In this document: piece after piece, positions 23,641 to 34,833 of the stretch
Position numbering within the stretch: the stretch's first letter is position 1
How the letters are laid out: every line of letters starts with the position of its first letter
NCBI GenBank assembly: GCA_030704615.1
Contig: CM060733.1
Coordinates: 24,676,001-24,740,000, forward strand
Direction: 5' to 3'
DNA length: 64,000 nt
From: Takakia lepidozioides
Lineage: Eukaryota; Plantae; Bryophyta
Program-made: the position numbers and the translations under genes
The notes under the pieces: model-generated
What the model was told of the DNA's origin: nothing
Seen by the model: the letters and a program-made list of their open reading frames with translations, nothing else
The model's database searches: none

Positions 23641-24727
23641 GTCAGACTCACGTCACGTCAGCAATTCTTGCCACGTTGGTTCACGGGTGTTACGACACGT
23701 CAGCAGTCCACGCCATCGACAATCACTCCTGCTCTGTTTTTTTGTTTTTTTGTTTTTTTTTCCGTAATTAAAAAAAAAACAAAAAAACAAAAAAACAGAG
23801 TAGAAGTGATTGTCGGTGCCGATCATCAGAAGTGATTGTCACAATCACTTCTGCTCTTTTTTTTTTTTTTTTTTTTTGGAACAATACGGAGAAGAAAAAA
23901 TAAAATAAAATAAAAAACGGAGCTGTTTTTTTTTTTTCTTTGGGAACAATACGCAGAAAAAAAAAAACAGAGCAGAGCAGAAGTGATTATCGGCACCGAT
24001 CATCACTTCTGTTTTTTTTTTTTTTTTTTTTTTTTTTTTTCCCGTATTCTCCCCTTAAAAAAAAACGGAATCAGAAGTGATGATCGGTGCCGACAATCAC
24101 TTATGTTTTTTTTTATTTTCCGTATTGTTCCTTAAATTGTTTTTTGCTTTTGTGTCGCTATGTACTGTAGGCTTCTTTTTGATACCGTAATCCTTCTTCT
24201 CTTCGTTATTTTGGGAGGAAGCGGGGTCTTCCTGGGTTACCCTCAATGGAGCCTTATGAGGTTATTTTGTCCTCATTGTAATTGTTATTGTAAAACTTAC
24301 TATTGTAATTGCAGAATGTTGTGGAATGGATGCCACAGTTTTAGGCATATGTTCTATTTCGGGTATTTTGATGGTATTCTTGATGGTATGTTGGTTTCAT
24401 GTTCCCTAAATTCATCCCACGGTCATAGGACTCCGGGTATAGGCGCCGCATGTTTCGGTTGACGTTGCGGATGCTGACATGGCGCCACGTCAATATTCGA
24501 CACCATGGCAACCTACTGGCATCACGCTCACACCACGTCACCAGTGTGTGTGCGTACGCTTACACGCTCACGCGCGAGGCTCATGCGGTTGCATCGTTGC
24601 TTCGGTGACACATCGCTCCCAGCGGGCTCACCAGGATCATCATCTTTCGAGCCGTTCCGCTTTCGCTTTGGCTTGCCCGACCCCATGATGAGGCCGATCC
24701 CAAGGACGATCGCGTACTGAACTCTAA

Positions 24728-24739
24728 GCTCTGATACCA
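24728..24739 (-). promoter_or_regulatory. Primer-binding site for initiator tRNA-Met
   Basis: TGGTATCAGAGC on the minus strand, 2 nt inside the 5' LTR boundary. Confidence 0.95.
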
Positions 24740-24741
24740 AG

Positions 24742-25467
24742 TGTCGCGCACTCACTTCGGTAAGCTCCCCTTCAAGTCATAGTTACTCGCTTTGATGCGC
24801 GCGCCTAACTCCCAAACTGGCCGCCGGGCCAACTCGGAGCTTCGGCTGTTCCCTGGGACATAACGGTCCCCTTTTGCCCCTCCAAAAGACCCTCCACCAA
24901 TTTGGGCCTAGTGGAAATTCCCTTTGGTAGATGGCAGTCCGGAATAGCTCCCCACTCCTTGGTCGCTTTCCGGCTCGCTCGCTCACTCACTAGTTTTTGG
25001 TCACCAACGGGCGTACACCGTTCTCGGGATTACTACTCCCTATATATACTTCTGTAACTGTCCGCGGGGGTTTCACAAACAACCCTGTCATTTTATGGCG
25101 AACCACCACGAAGACCCTCGATTTCCGATGATGAGTAGCGGTGAGTCGTGGCCCACTCATCACGGCCCCATTGGACCGTGATGAGTCCCAAGACTCCCCA
25201 CAACTCCCACCACAAGGTCTCTGCCCCCATGGTGAGTCCTATGCCAACCCCCACTAAGTCCCACTAAGCTACCACCACCCCTCGTGGAACCACCCCCACC
25301 GTAACCCGGTGTGCGGGGCTCCACCTAATGAGCGCCTCCACCTCCTTGAGTGCCTTGGGCACTCAAGGGTGCTTCAGCCCCCGTATCTATTGTTGCCACT
25401 GCCCCCACCATAGGGGCATCGCATCTTGTGTCTCGACCCCCTGCCCTCAAGGCAAAAGGGCGCGACA
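24742..25467 (-). repeat. 5' LTR of the Galadriel-like element
   Basis: TG...CA, homologous to 10328-11045, followed by TSD GACTT. Confidence 0.95.
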
Positions 25468-27239
25468 GACTTGGCCAGAGGGCATTCCGAGCGGACTAGG
25501 TTGCCAGCAGACTTCCGAACAGCCCCCTCCGACAGACTCGCCTGCCAGCGGATTTGCTAGACTAGACTGACCTCGCAGCAGACTGGCGCACGTGAGTCTT
25601 GCAGCAAACTGCTTGCGAACAATCCTCTCCGGTGGACTGGCCTGCCAGCGGACTTGCCCTTAGGAGACCGGCATCAGACTTACCCAGACTTTGCTGGCAG
25701 CACACCCGAGCAGACTGACCTTGCAGCATACTTGTGCAAGTGAGTCTTCCAGCGCCAGAGACATTATCAGCGGACTAGTTTGCTAGCATACTTGCAAAAA
25801 GGAATGGGCCGGAAGTCTTGCAGCCAGGACTGCGTTGTATGGCAGGGGACTTGCCAAAGAGACAGATAATGGACGGGTGGGGGGAGCCGGGTGTCCGTGC
25901 GGGGGGCCCACCGATCAGCTCGCGCGTGCGCCATAACGTCCCAATTATTGTAAAATGAGAGGCTTCTATCGCAAGATGGTCGAGCTTCTTCATTTTTTTT
26001 TATACCTATGTGTGAGCGGACTTTTATGAAATGTTTGGATTAGCGCAATGAAGTCACCTGTTGATGGTTTGGATGAGATGGTTGATAGGGTGGTGACTGC
26101 ATGAGGAAGGGTTAGCAATGTGATTACGTAAGAGAAATAAGGAGGTAAAGGTGTCAGTGAAAATGTAATGTATATGTGATAAGGAATGAAGTTGGGTGAT
26201 TGCTTCGTGTATGGCCATAAGTTCACCACGAAGTATGGTAGGAGGGACAAATAGTCTATGGAATTTGTCTTGGTTTGTGGCAACATGATATACCCCATAA
26301 CCAGCTTTAGAGCCTTGTCGTACACCTAAGCATCATGCCACAATATACATTGTTGTCCAACTACACTTCCTAGCATACAATCCTAGAAAGCTATGCCACA
26401 ATTGTCCCCTTAGCTGGTGATTAGGTCCCTCTAACACCGGATAACTGACAAGTATCAATTCCAATTGGATCATCGTTTGGTCTTCAACCTCATAGGTCAT
26501 AGTTTTCAAAGTCTTATATAGATCAAGAGACCGGGTGTAAAGAAAACCCCATCGTTAGTTATCTTCCTACAATCCATGATCATCAGTTGAGTAACCACGT
26601 CGTTGAACTCCCATTAGCTAGGCCTTGGGTTCTTGTTGGCCTCACCATGGTCATGCCCACTATCTTTGTCCAAGGCATCATGGACACAACCATTGTTCAA
26701 CATGAACCTCCTCAAAATGATAGTATCAAACATCCCATGCATCATCCCCTTGAGCATTTATCATATACCAAAATGATTGCGGCACCACTAGCATGCAATG
26801 CAACCCTACAGATATCATTGCAAGATTGTGATCTATCCTCATGTGAAATGTGATATGGTGCACAATCGCGTATATGGTCATTCCAAAATTCATACCATGT
26901 CATTTCGACCTTCCAAAATCAACACTCTTGAATGTAACACCTCATTGACTATTAGAATCACACGTCTTGTCTTGCTATGACATCCAAGGTGTAGTGTCAC
27001 AAGGTCGTAGGTACTGTCTGCTGCAAATAAACGTAATCCCCAAGGTGGAATCGTCGAACCCCTAGGTTATATCCACCTCAGACGAACGGTCGTACCTCGA
27101 TATATCATTGTGTTACGCTATGGCGAGGTTCTCAAAAGCCATGCCATGACTCTCTTAAACAACTCCGCTTTCTGCTCACACATCTGAGTCATCAAGGTTG
27201 AGGATTAATGCAGCTTCCTTACCAAAAACATAATGTCTC

Positions 27240-27660
27240 CTGAGTGATCTCATTTGTCTTAGAAAAATGTGACAGAAAAAGGCTATTTCTAACTATAGAC
27301 CTATTACTCATTTCAATTTTTTTTACACTTTATTATTAATCTTCAATATATTGGTTGTATATCATCAAGCTAGAGCAATCAAGTTTTTTCAAAGACAAAA
27401 TGATTATTGACAACATTATCTTTGCTAGAAAGCTCTTCCCATTGCATGGGCTTGAAACCAAATCTTAGCTTTGATTTTAAGAAAGCTTTTGATCATATAA
27501 ATTGGGACGTCGTTGGGCACCATTGAAAAGGTTGGCATTGGAGGCTCTTCCCTCAGATGGATTAGAATCTTCACATTTTTGGTGTCTAATAGCAGGGTCA
27601 TAGTAAATGATTATCTCTCTAGACCCATTCCCATATCTCGCTCCCATATCTCGCTTAGTA
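27240..27660 (+). pseudogene. L1-type LINE reverse transcriptase relic
   Basis: NYRPIT, DNII, DFKKAFDHINW and RWIRI...SRVIVNDYLSRPIPISRS motifs in the expected order. Confidence 0.8.
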
Positions 27661-30003
27661 TGACAATATTGCTCATTAATATAAACATCCAACGTCATAT
27701 GGCCCAGTGATTAGGCCGCTTACAAATGGTCGCGTGTTCAAAGTCACCTAGGTGTATGTTAGATGTCATCCCAACCCAGCCATAAAGTGGAAACCCTGGT
27801 CAACTGGTTCTTCAATGTGTGCACTAGGGTAACCTGTGCCGTTGGCCCAATTATCCAATGTCATCTAAGTCATCTAAGTCTAATCATTTTTTTTCCATAG
27901 AGCCAACGACCAGATTTGAACCGGAGACCTTTCCCTTGATGTCTCTCCTGTCGAGGCTCCAATTGACCAAAAGTACTTGAAATAGCGACCAAAAGTACTT
28001 GGAATTCCACATCTCCCACACCACAGGTCCAAAAATCAGCATACCCAAAAATCATGAGACCAAGCCCATGCACCCCTCCTCATCGAGGGCTTTCCGAGGG
28101 TAGCCTGTGCCGTTGGCCCAAGTGTCCAATGTCATCTAAGTCATCCAAGTCTAATCATTTTTCTTCCACGGAATCTACGACCTGATTTGAACCGGAGACC
28201 TGTTCCTTGATATCTCTCATGTCGAGGCTCCGATCATTGTGCCAGGAAAGCCCACTTTCGTATTTTTCGTGAATTCCCAGCATCAAAAGTACTTGAAATT
28301 CGACATCTCCCATACCGCAGGTCCAAAAATCATGAGACCAAGCCCGCGCACCCCTCCTCACTGAGGGCAAGCACCAAGGTTAGGCCCGCAGTTTGCCGTT
28401 GGCCTAAGTGTCCAAGTGTCATCTAAGTCCAAGTGCAATCCCCTATGTATCAAAGTGCGTTTCCTATGTCGAGGCCCGAATGCAACCTCTACTAGAAGAA
28501 AAATGCGGAATAACCACTGGCCCTTTAACCACTACTGTCTTTTCCCACTCTATAGACCACTAGTAACCACTTGCCAGTGGTTAATCCCGATGAAATGCCA
28601 CGGTGGCATCACAGACAGTGGTTGGAAGTGATTTAACCACTCAGTAGTCCAAGTGTAATAATTTGTTTTTATTTATTATTTTTATTTGGTAATATATTTT
28701 AATTAATAAATATCCACGTGGACGAGTGCAGTGGTACATTGTGAGTGGTTATAGACACCTCAGTGATGGGAAGTGGTTGAAACCACTTGCTACTCCATGT
28801 GTAATAATTCAAATTTTATTTATGATTTATGATTTAGAAATCTATTTTAATTAATAAATATAATATTCCACGTGGACGGGGACAGTGCACGTTGATCTTG
28901 AGTGGTTAAAGACACCTCATTGATTTGTACCACTTTGACAGTGGTGGAGAGTGGGTGGTGAAAGACACCGCACTAATTGGAATCACTATTCTAGTGGTCG
29001 CTCATGAGTGGTTGCTTACACAACAGTGATTGGTACCACTTTTGTGGTGATACATGAAAAACTTTAAGTGGTTTGTGCACCTGTGACAGACTTTGAAAAA
29101 CAGACAAATGTCCAGACCATTGTAGGATGATGCTATTGAACAAAATTCAAATGGTTTCAACAATAAACTTTATTCTGAATCTGAAACATGTTCGTCACCT
29201 TCTAAATCACTTTCCTCAATTGGAATAGTGATTGGTTGTACAAATGCCACTTAAATGCAGGTAGCCAACATAGCCAGGTCTTCAGTCTCTCATGTTAATT
29301 CTAGAATGTTATTTGGTTAAAGACACCTTAGTGATTAGTACCACTTGGATAGTGGTACATAATTAGTGGTTAAAGACACCGCAATGATTGGTATCACTTG
29401 GACGGTGGTAGATTGTGAGTGGTTAAAGACACCTCAGTGACTGTACCACTCTTGTGGTGATACATGAAAATGTTCAAGTGGTTTGTGCACCTGTGGCAGA
29501 CTTTAAAAAACATACAAGTGTCCAAATCATTGTAGGATGATGTTATTGAACAGATGGTTCCAAACAATCAACTTTATTTTGAATCTGAATCACAGTATTC
29601 ATTCTCTAAAGCACTTTCCTCAACTAGAACAATGTTTGATCATACAAAACTAGCTTGAAATGTGGTAGCCAACATAACCAACTCTTCTCCACTTAGAGCC
29701 GTGGCACCATCTAATGACCTAGATATGGGCTGATCTGATAAGGTAGAGGATGCCCGTAGACCATCAAAATTTGTATTTTCTCCAATGTCCAAATTTCAAC
29801 GATGAATTTTAGAATGAAAATAAATTAAGCTAATTCCAAAAATACAAAATTTCCAAATAATTGAACTCACTACAAGGCTTGAAAATAGTTGTTTACATTT
29901 CATTCAAATTTTTATATGTCACATCTAGTAGATAAGCCAGATAATTTGTGAGCTGTAGCTCCTAGGTGTTTCCCTTTATTTTTTTTTTTTTTAAATAGAT
30001 AAT

Positions 30004-31270
30004 TAAGGGGTTTTGGTCTGGCACCCAACAGATCTGCACTTGTAGTTCAAGTTTCCGGACGTTCAACTATTCAGATGGGCCTATCTCCTTGCCAATTGCT
30101 CCAATTGTGGTGTGCTATGGCTTGAAAAATTTCTAACAACTACTGTGATCAAGTTATGGTGGCCTCTTGGGCTCTGAATTTTCTTAAGGGGTTGTGGTCT
30201 GGCCCCCAACAGATCTGCACTTGTAGTTCAAGTTACCGGACGTTCAACTATTCAGATGGGCCTATCTCCTTGCCAATTGCTTCAATTGTGGTGTGCTATG
30301 GCTTGAAAAATTTCTAAGAACTAGTGTAATCAAGTTATGGTGGCTCCCTGAGCTCTGAATTTTCTTAAGGGGTTGTGGTCTGGCCCCCAACAGATCTACA
30401 CTTGTAGTTCAAGTGTCCGGACTTTCAACTATTCAGATGGGCCTATCTCCTTGCCAATTGCTCCAATTGTGGTACGCTATGGCTTGGAGAATTTCTCACA
30501 ACTAGTGTGATCAACATATTATGGCCTCCAGAGATTTAAGGGGTTGTGGTCTGGCACCCAACAAATCTGCACTTGTTGTTCAAGTTTCCAGACGTTCAGG
30601 TACTCAAATGGGCCTATGTTCTTGTCAATTGCTCCAATTGTGGTGTGTTATGATTTAACACAGTTCTAAATTATGGAGGCCTACTAAGATATGAACTTTC
30701 TTAAGGGGTTGTGGTCTGGCCCCAAATAGATCTGCACTTGTTGTTAAAGTTTCCGGACGTTCAGTTACTTTGATGGGCCTATCTTCTTGCCAATTCCTCC
30801 ATTTGTGGTGTGCTATGGCTTGGCACATTTCTAACAACTAGTGTGATAAATATATGGTGGCCTCCAGAGCTTTGGAGTTTTTTTAAGGGGTTGTGGTCTG
30901 GTCCCCAACAGATCTGTACTTGTTGTTAAAGTTTCCGAACGTGTAGGTACTCAAATGGGCCTATCTTCTTGCCAACTGCTCCAGTTTGGGTGGGCTATTT
31001 GTTACAGGAGGGTGATGAAGATATGTAGCCTCCCTATCCATAAACATTTATAAGGGGTTCTGGTCTGGCCCACAATAGATCTGCACTTGTCATTCAAGTT
31101 TCTAGATGTACAGATACTCAAATGGGCATATCTTCTTGCCATTTTCTCTAGTTTAGGTGGGCTATGACTTGGTGGATTTGTTACAAGTAGGGTGATGAAG
31201 ATATTATAGCTTCTAGAACCATAATGGTTTCTAAGGGGTTGCGGTCTGGCCCCTAGCAGATCTGCTTGGA
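30004..31270. repeat. ~180-bp tandem (satellite-like) array, about 7 units
   Basis: Units start taaggggtt(g)tggtctggc at 30004, 30185, 30366, 30537, 30702, 30884, 31051 and 31232. Confidence 0.95.
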
Positions 31271-31299
31271 AGTTGCAGCAGCAACGACACAATTGTTAA

Positions 31300-31845
31300 A
31301 ATCGGGCACTGCTAATGAAGGCACATTCTTCAACTGTACATTCCATCATGTTTTTCCCTCTTATCAGAATCGGCCATGTTGAATTCTGATAGTTAGCTGG
31401 TTGAGTGAATATTTGATAGTTTGGAGTGAATGACATGATAATGCCAATGTGACAACATGAAAGTATCCAAAAACAGGTAACAAAGATGAGGAGAAGCTGT
31501 GGAATGAATACTTTTTTGACCCCAGCCAATGATGGGACATCGAGGCATGAAGGTGAATGCCTGTTGGATTATAGAGAGTAGTAGATGCAATTGAGCATAA
31601 GAACTAGTATAATAAGTAGGGTTGGGGTGTTTGCTGGAACAACTCTAGGCTGTCATTGTCAGCTGCTAGCAGCAAGCCAAGGATGAATGCATGATTTGTG
31701 CAGAGGCATGGATAGCTGAAGGAGCAGAGATAGAGTGTGGTTCCGGATTCATCAAAGAGGGCCAAATTTCAAGCATAAGATTACCTATTATTCCCTGTGG
31801 ATCAATAGCTACAAGAAACCTGCATGGGTAGATGGTCTATCACTG
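31300..31845 (+). pseudogene. Captured OSB/PDF-module gene fragment with intron
   Basis: GNKDEEKLWNEYF...MK, a gt donor and intron, then IHQRGPNFKHKITYYSLWINSYKKPAWVDG. Homologous at DNA level to 4740-5100 and 6100-6260. Confidence 0.75.
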
Positions 31846-32955
31846 ACCAAAAGGCATGAAAGTAGTTCATGGCTTTTAGCATGCCTGCGGAGACGTAGTG
31901 TAGATGTAGTATGTCACTCTGTATCATGGTTGGATTTTGTTGACTATGTTCCAATGCTTATTGTCTTGGATTCTATTCTGTTTATTGAATGGTGAATCTT
32001 CAAGAGTATTTGGATTTGCAGATTCATTTGGAATGTATGGGAATTGTAGGAGAATTGTATGGGAATGTATGAATCACTTACACACCACTCTGTTAGTGGT
32101 ATATGTAAGATTGTGACAATAGGCAATAGTGATTGTACTCCTCCAGATGTAGCCCCAATCACTTACATACCACTCTGGTAGTAATAATTCAAATACATGG
32201 TTCATACTTGGTGGGACACACTGAATGACTCAGTCAGTGGTTTTAACACATAACCTAACCACTACATCAATACTGGTAGAACCACTCCGTCAGTGGTTTT
32301 AGCACACAACCAAACCACTACATCAATACTATTAGAACCACATTTGTAATATGGCCACACGTCCAGATAATGGAGCCCATAATCGTCTAACTGGATTCGG
32401 CCACGTGTCTGTGTGAATACGGACACGTGTCTGTCGATTACTAAGTATGATCGACGGATTGGCTGCATCCACGTCGCATACGGTGGAAGTGGTATGTTGT
32501 GAAGTGGTTGGTTTACCACTGTGACACGTCAGACGTGGTTTGGCTTACCACTGTGACACGTCATAAGTGGTTAGTTTACCACTGTGACACGTAAGCGAAC
32601 AGCTGGACTCGGAGGCAAGTGATCGTAACCACTGTCTTTAACCATTTCGGACACGTCATATCTTTAACCACTGCTGAGTCAATATCCACTGGTTCTAGAC
32701 CACTCTGGGCCAGAGTGGTTGGGTGTCTTTTCCCACTCAAAATGAGTGGTTGCCAAAGTGGTTATTCCGCGTTTTTCTCCTAGTGCTTTGCCGTTGGCCC
32801 AAGTGTCCAATGTCATCTAAATAAGTTTTTTTCCACAGAGCCTATGACCAAATTTGAACCGGAGACCTTTCTCTTGATATATCTCCCCTCGAGGCTCCAA
32901 CCATTGTCCCAGGAATGGCCACTTTGCCATTTTTGCTATTTTTGTGAATTTCCAG

Positions 32956-33129
32956 GACAACCAGCATGTAGCCCAGTGGTAATGGGCACATACCACGTTG
33001 GATGTGGTTGTGGGTTCAAACCACAGTTTGGTGTGTCATGAAGGTGTCCACCTTTCAGCTGGAAGGCAGTAGCCCGTGTGGTGAAGAGACACCATAATTT
33101 ATGCTCCCTTCCAGAGGCGTCTATATATT
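32956..33129 (+). mobile_element. tRNA-derived SINE, full length
   Basis: A box tagcccagtgg; B box ggttcaaacc; 11-bp TSD tgaatttccag at 32945-32955 and 33130-33140. The empty site is visible in the paralogous repeat at ~33628. Confidence 0.85.
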
Positions 33130-33489
33130 TGAATTTCCAGCGACCAAAAGTACTTGGAATTCCATATCTCCCTCACCGTTTGTCCAAAAATCATGAGATT
33201 AAGCCGGTGCACCCCTCCTCATCGAGGGCTTTCCAACGGCACCAAGCACCCGAGCTGGGCCCGCGGTTTGGGAGATCTCAACGGCGCTACAAAACAAAAC
33301 AAACGTCTTGCTCTATATATTGATATACCATGGTGAATAAGTTTAGGTACTTGGATGTATACCCTTATGTTAGGGTAAATTTTTATGATATACCCTTATC
33401 CTTCATTTACCCTCCATCAAGAAGTCTAGCATACCCTACTTTTCTGAAGGGTATATGTTAAAATGAAGGGTATATCCAATCAGGGTGAC

Positions 33490-34833
33490 GCAAGCCATAT
33501 CTAATCATTTTTTTTCCACAGAGCCTACGACCAGATTTGAACCGGAGACCTTTCCCTTGATATCTCTCCCGTCGAGGCTCCAACCATTGTCCCAGGAATG
33601 CCCACTTTGCCTTTTTTGCTATTTTTGTGAATTTCCAGCGACCAAAAGTACTTGGAATTCCATATCTCCCGCACCGTAGGTCCAAAAATCATGAGACCAA
33701 GCCCGTGCACCCCTCCTTGTCGAGGGCTTTCCAACGGTACCAAGCACCAGCGCTGGGGCCTCGCGGTTTGGGACATCTCAACGTGACAAAACAAACAAAC
33801 AAACAAACAAATCGTCTTAATTCATAGATTGATATTGACTGGGGTAGCCTGTGCTGTTGGCCCAAGTGTCCAGTGTCATCTAAGCCCAAGGTGCAATCTC
33901 CTATATATCCAAGTGTGTCTCCTATGTATCCAAAGGCATCTCCCATGTGTGTCTCCCATGTCGAGGCCCATCTAAACCCAGTGTGCGAATCTCTTATGTA
34001 TCCAAGTAGGTCTCCCATGTCAAGGCCCGATTAATTTTATTTTCATGAATTTATTGAGTAGTAATATATCATATCATTATTGATATATCTCCCGTCTCTA
34101 GGGTAGCCTATGCTGTTGGCCCAAGTGTCCAACGTCATCTAAGTCCAAATGCATCTTTTTTCCACAGAGCCCAAGTGTCCAGTGTCATCTAAGTGCAAGT
34201 GCAATCTCCTATGTATCCTAGTGCGTCTCCAATGTCAAGGCCCATCTAAGCCCAAAGCCCAAGGGCCATCTTCTATTCATGTATCCAAGTGCATCTCCTA
34301 TCTAGAGGCCCAAGTGTCCAGTGTCATCTATGCCCAAGTGCAATATCCTATGTATCCAAGTACGTCTCCCATGTAGCCCAATTTATTTTTTCCATGAATT
34401 TATTGAGTAGTAATATAACCGATCATTTGCTGTCGAGGCTCCAATCATGTAGCCTGTTGGCCCAAGTGTCCAATGTCATCTAAGCAAGCCATATCTAATC
34501 ATTTTTTTTTTCCACAGAGCCTACGACCAGATTTGAACCGGAGACCTTTCCCTTGATATCTCTCCCGTCGAGGCTCCAACCATTGTCCCAGGAATGCCCA
34601 CTTTGCCATTTTTGCTTATTTTTGTGAATTTCCAGCGACCAAAAGTACTTGGAATTCCGTATCTCCCACACCGCATGTCCAAAAATCATGAGACCAAGCC
34701 GGTGCACCCCTCCTCGTCGAGGGCTTTCCAACGGTACCAAGCACCAGCTGTGGGGCCTTGCGGTTCGGGACATCTCAACGCTACAAAACAAAACAAACAA
34801 ACAAACAAACAAACGTCTTGATTCATATATTGA
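33490..34833 (-). mobile_element. Further copies of the same non-autonomous Helitron family, head-to-tail
   Basis: 5' TC ends at ~33838 and 34833 after (TTTG)n; 3'-end-like ct(a/g)gggtagcc at 33839 and ~34098; same internal sequence as the first copy. Confidence 0.6.

Larger units (their letters stand above)
10328..25467 (-). mobile_element. Ty3/gypsy chromovirus LTR retrotransposon, Galadriel-like, decayed
   Basis: Paired TG...CA LTRs; 5-bp TSD GACTT at 10323-10327 and 25468-25472; Met PBS; gag-PR-RT-RH-INT-chromodomain order. RH string FEIHTDASDFAIGGVLMQDG..LAYESKKLN is Galadriel-like. Confidence 0.95.
28490..32785. mobile_element. Non-autonomous CACTA element
   Basis: 28-bp TIRs tACTAGaAGAAAAAtGCGGAATAACCAC and GTGGTTATTCCGCGTTTTTCTCCTAGTG. 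Dense ACCACT/AGTGGT subterminal repeats at both ends. Imperfect 3-bp TSD (ctc / ctt). Confidence 0.85.
27824..33323 (-). mobile_element. Non-autonomous Helitron, interrupted by a CACTA element and a SINE
   Basis: Minus-strand 5' A|TCAATATAT at 33323 with a (TTTG)n tract. 3' imperfect hairpin gcctgtgcc-gtt-ggcccaagt, then CTAG|T at 27824. Internal ~270-bp subrepeats. Confidence 0.6.

Noticed and set aside
25990-27200. Possible LINE endonuclease/gag remnants, or the missing MULE upstream exon
   Set aside because: Only vague similarity (SIDYL); no convincing motif series.
34515-34600. Genuine tRNA gene
   Set aside because: Anticodon arm and acceptor stem do not form a proper cloverleaf, and the segment is repeated as part of a TE.
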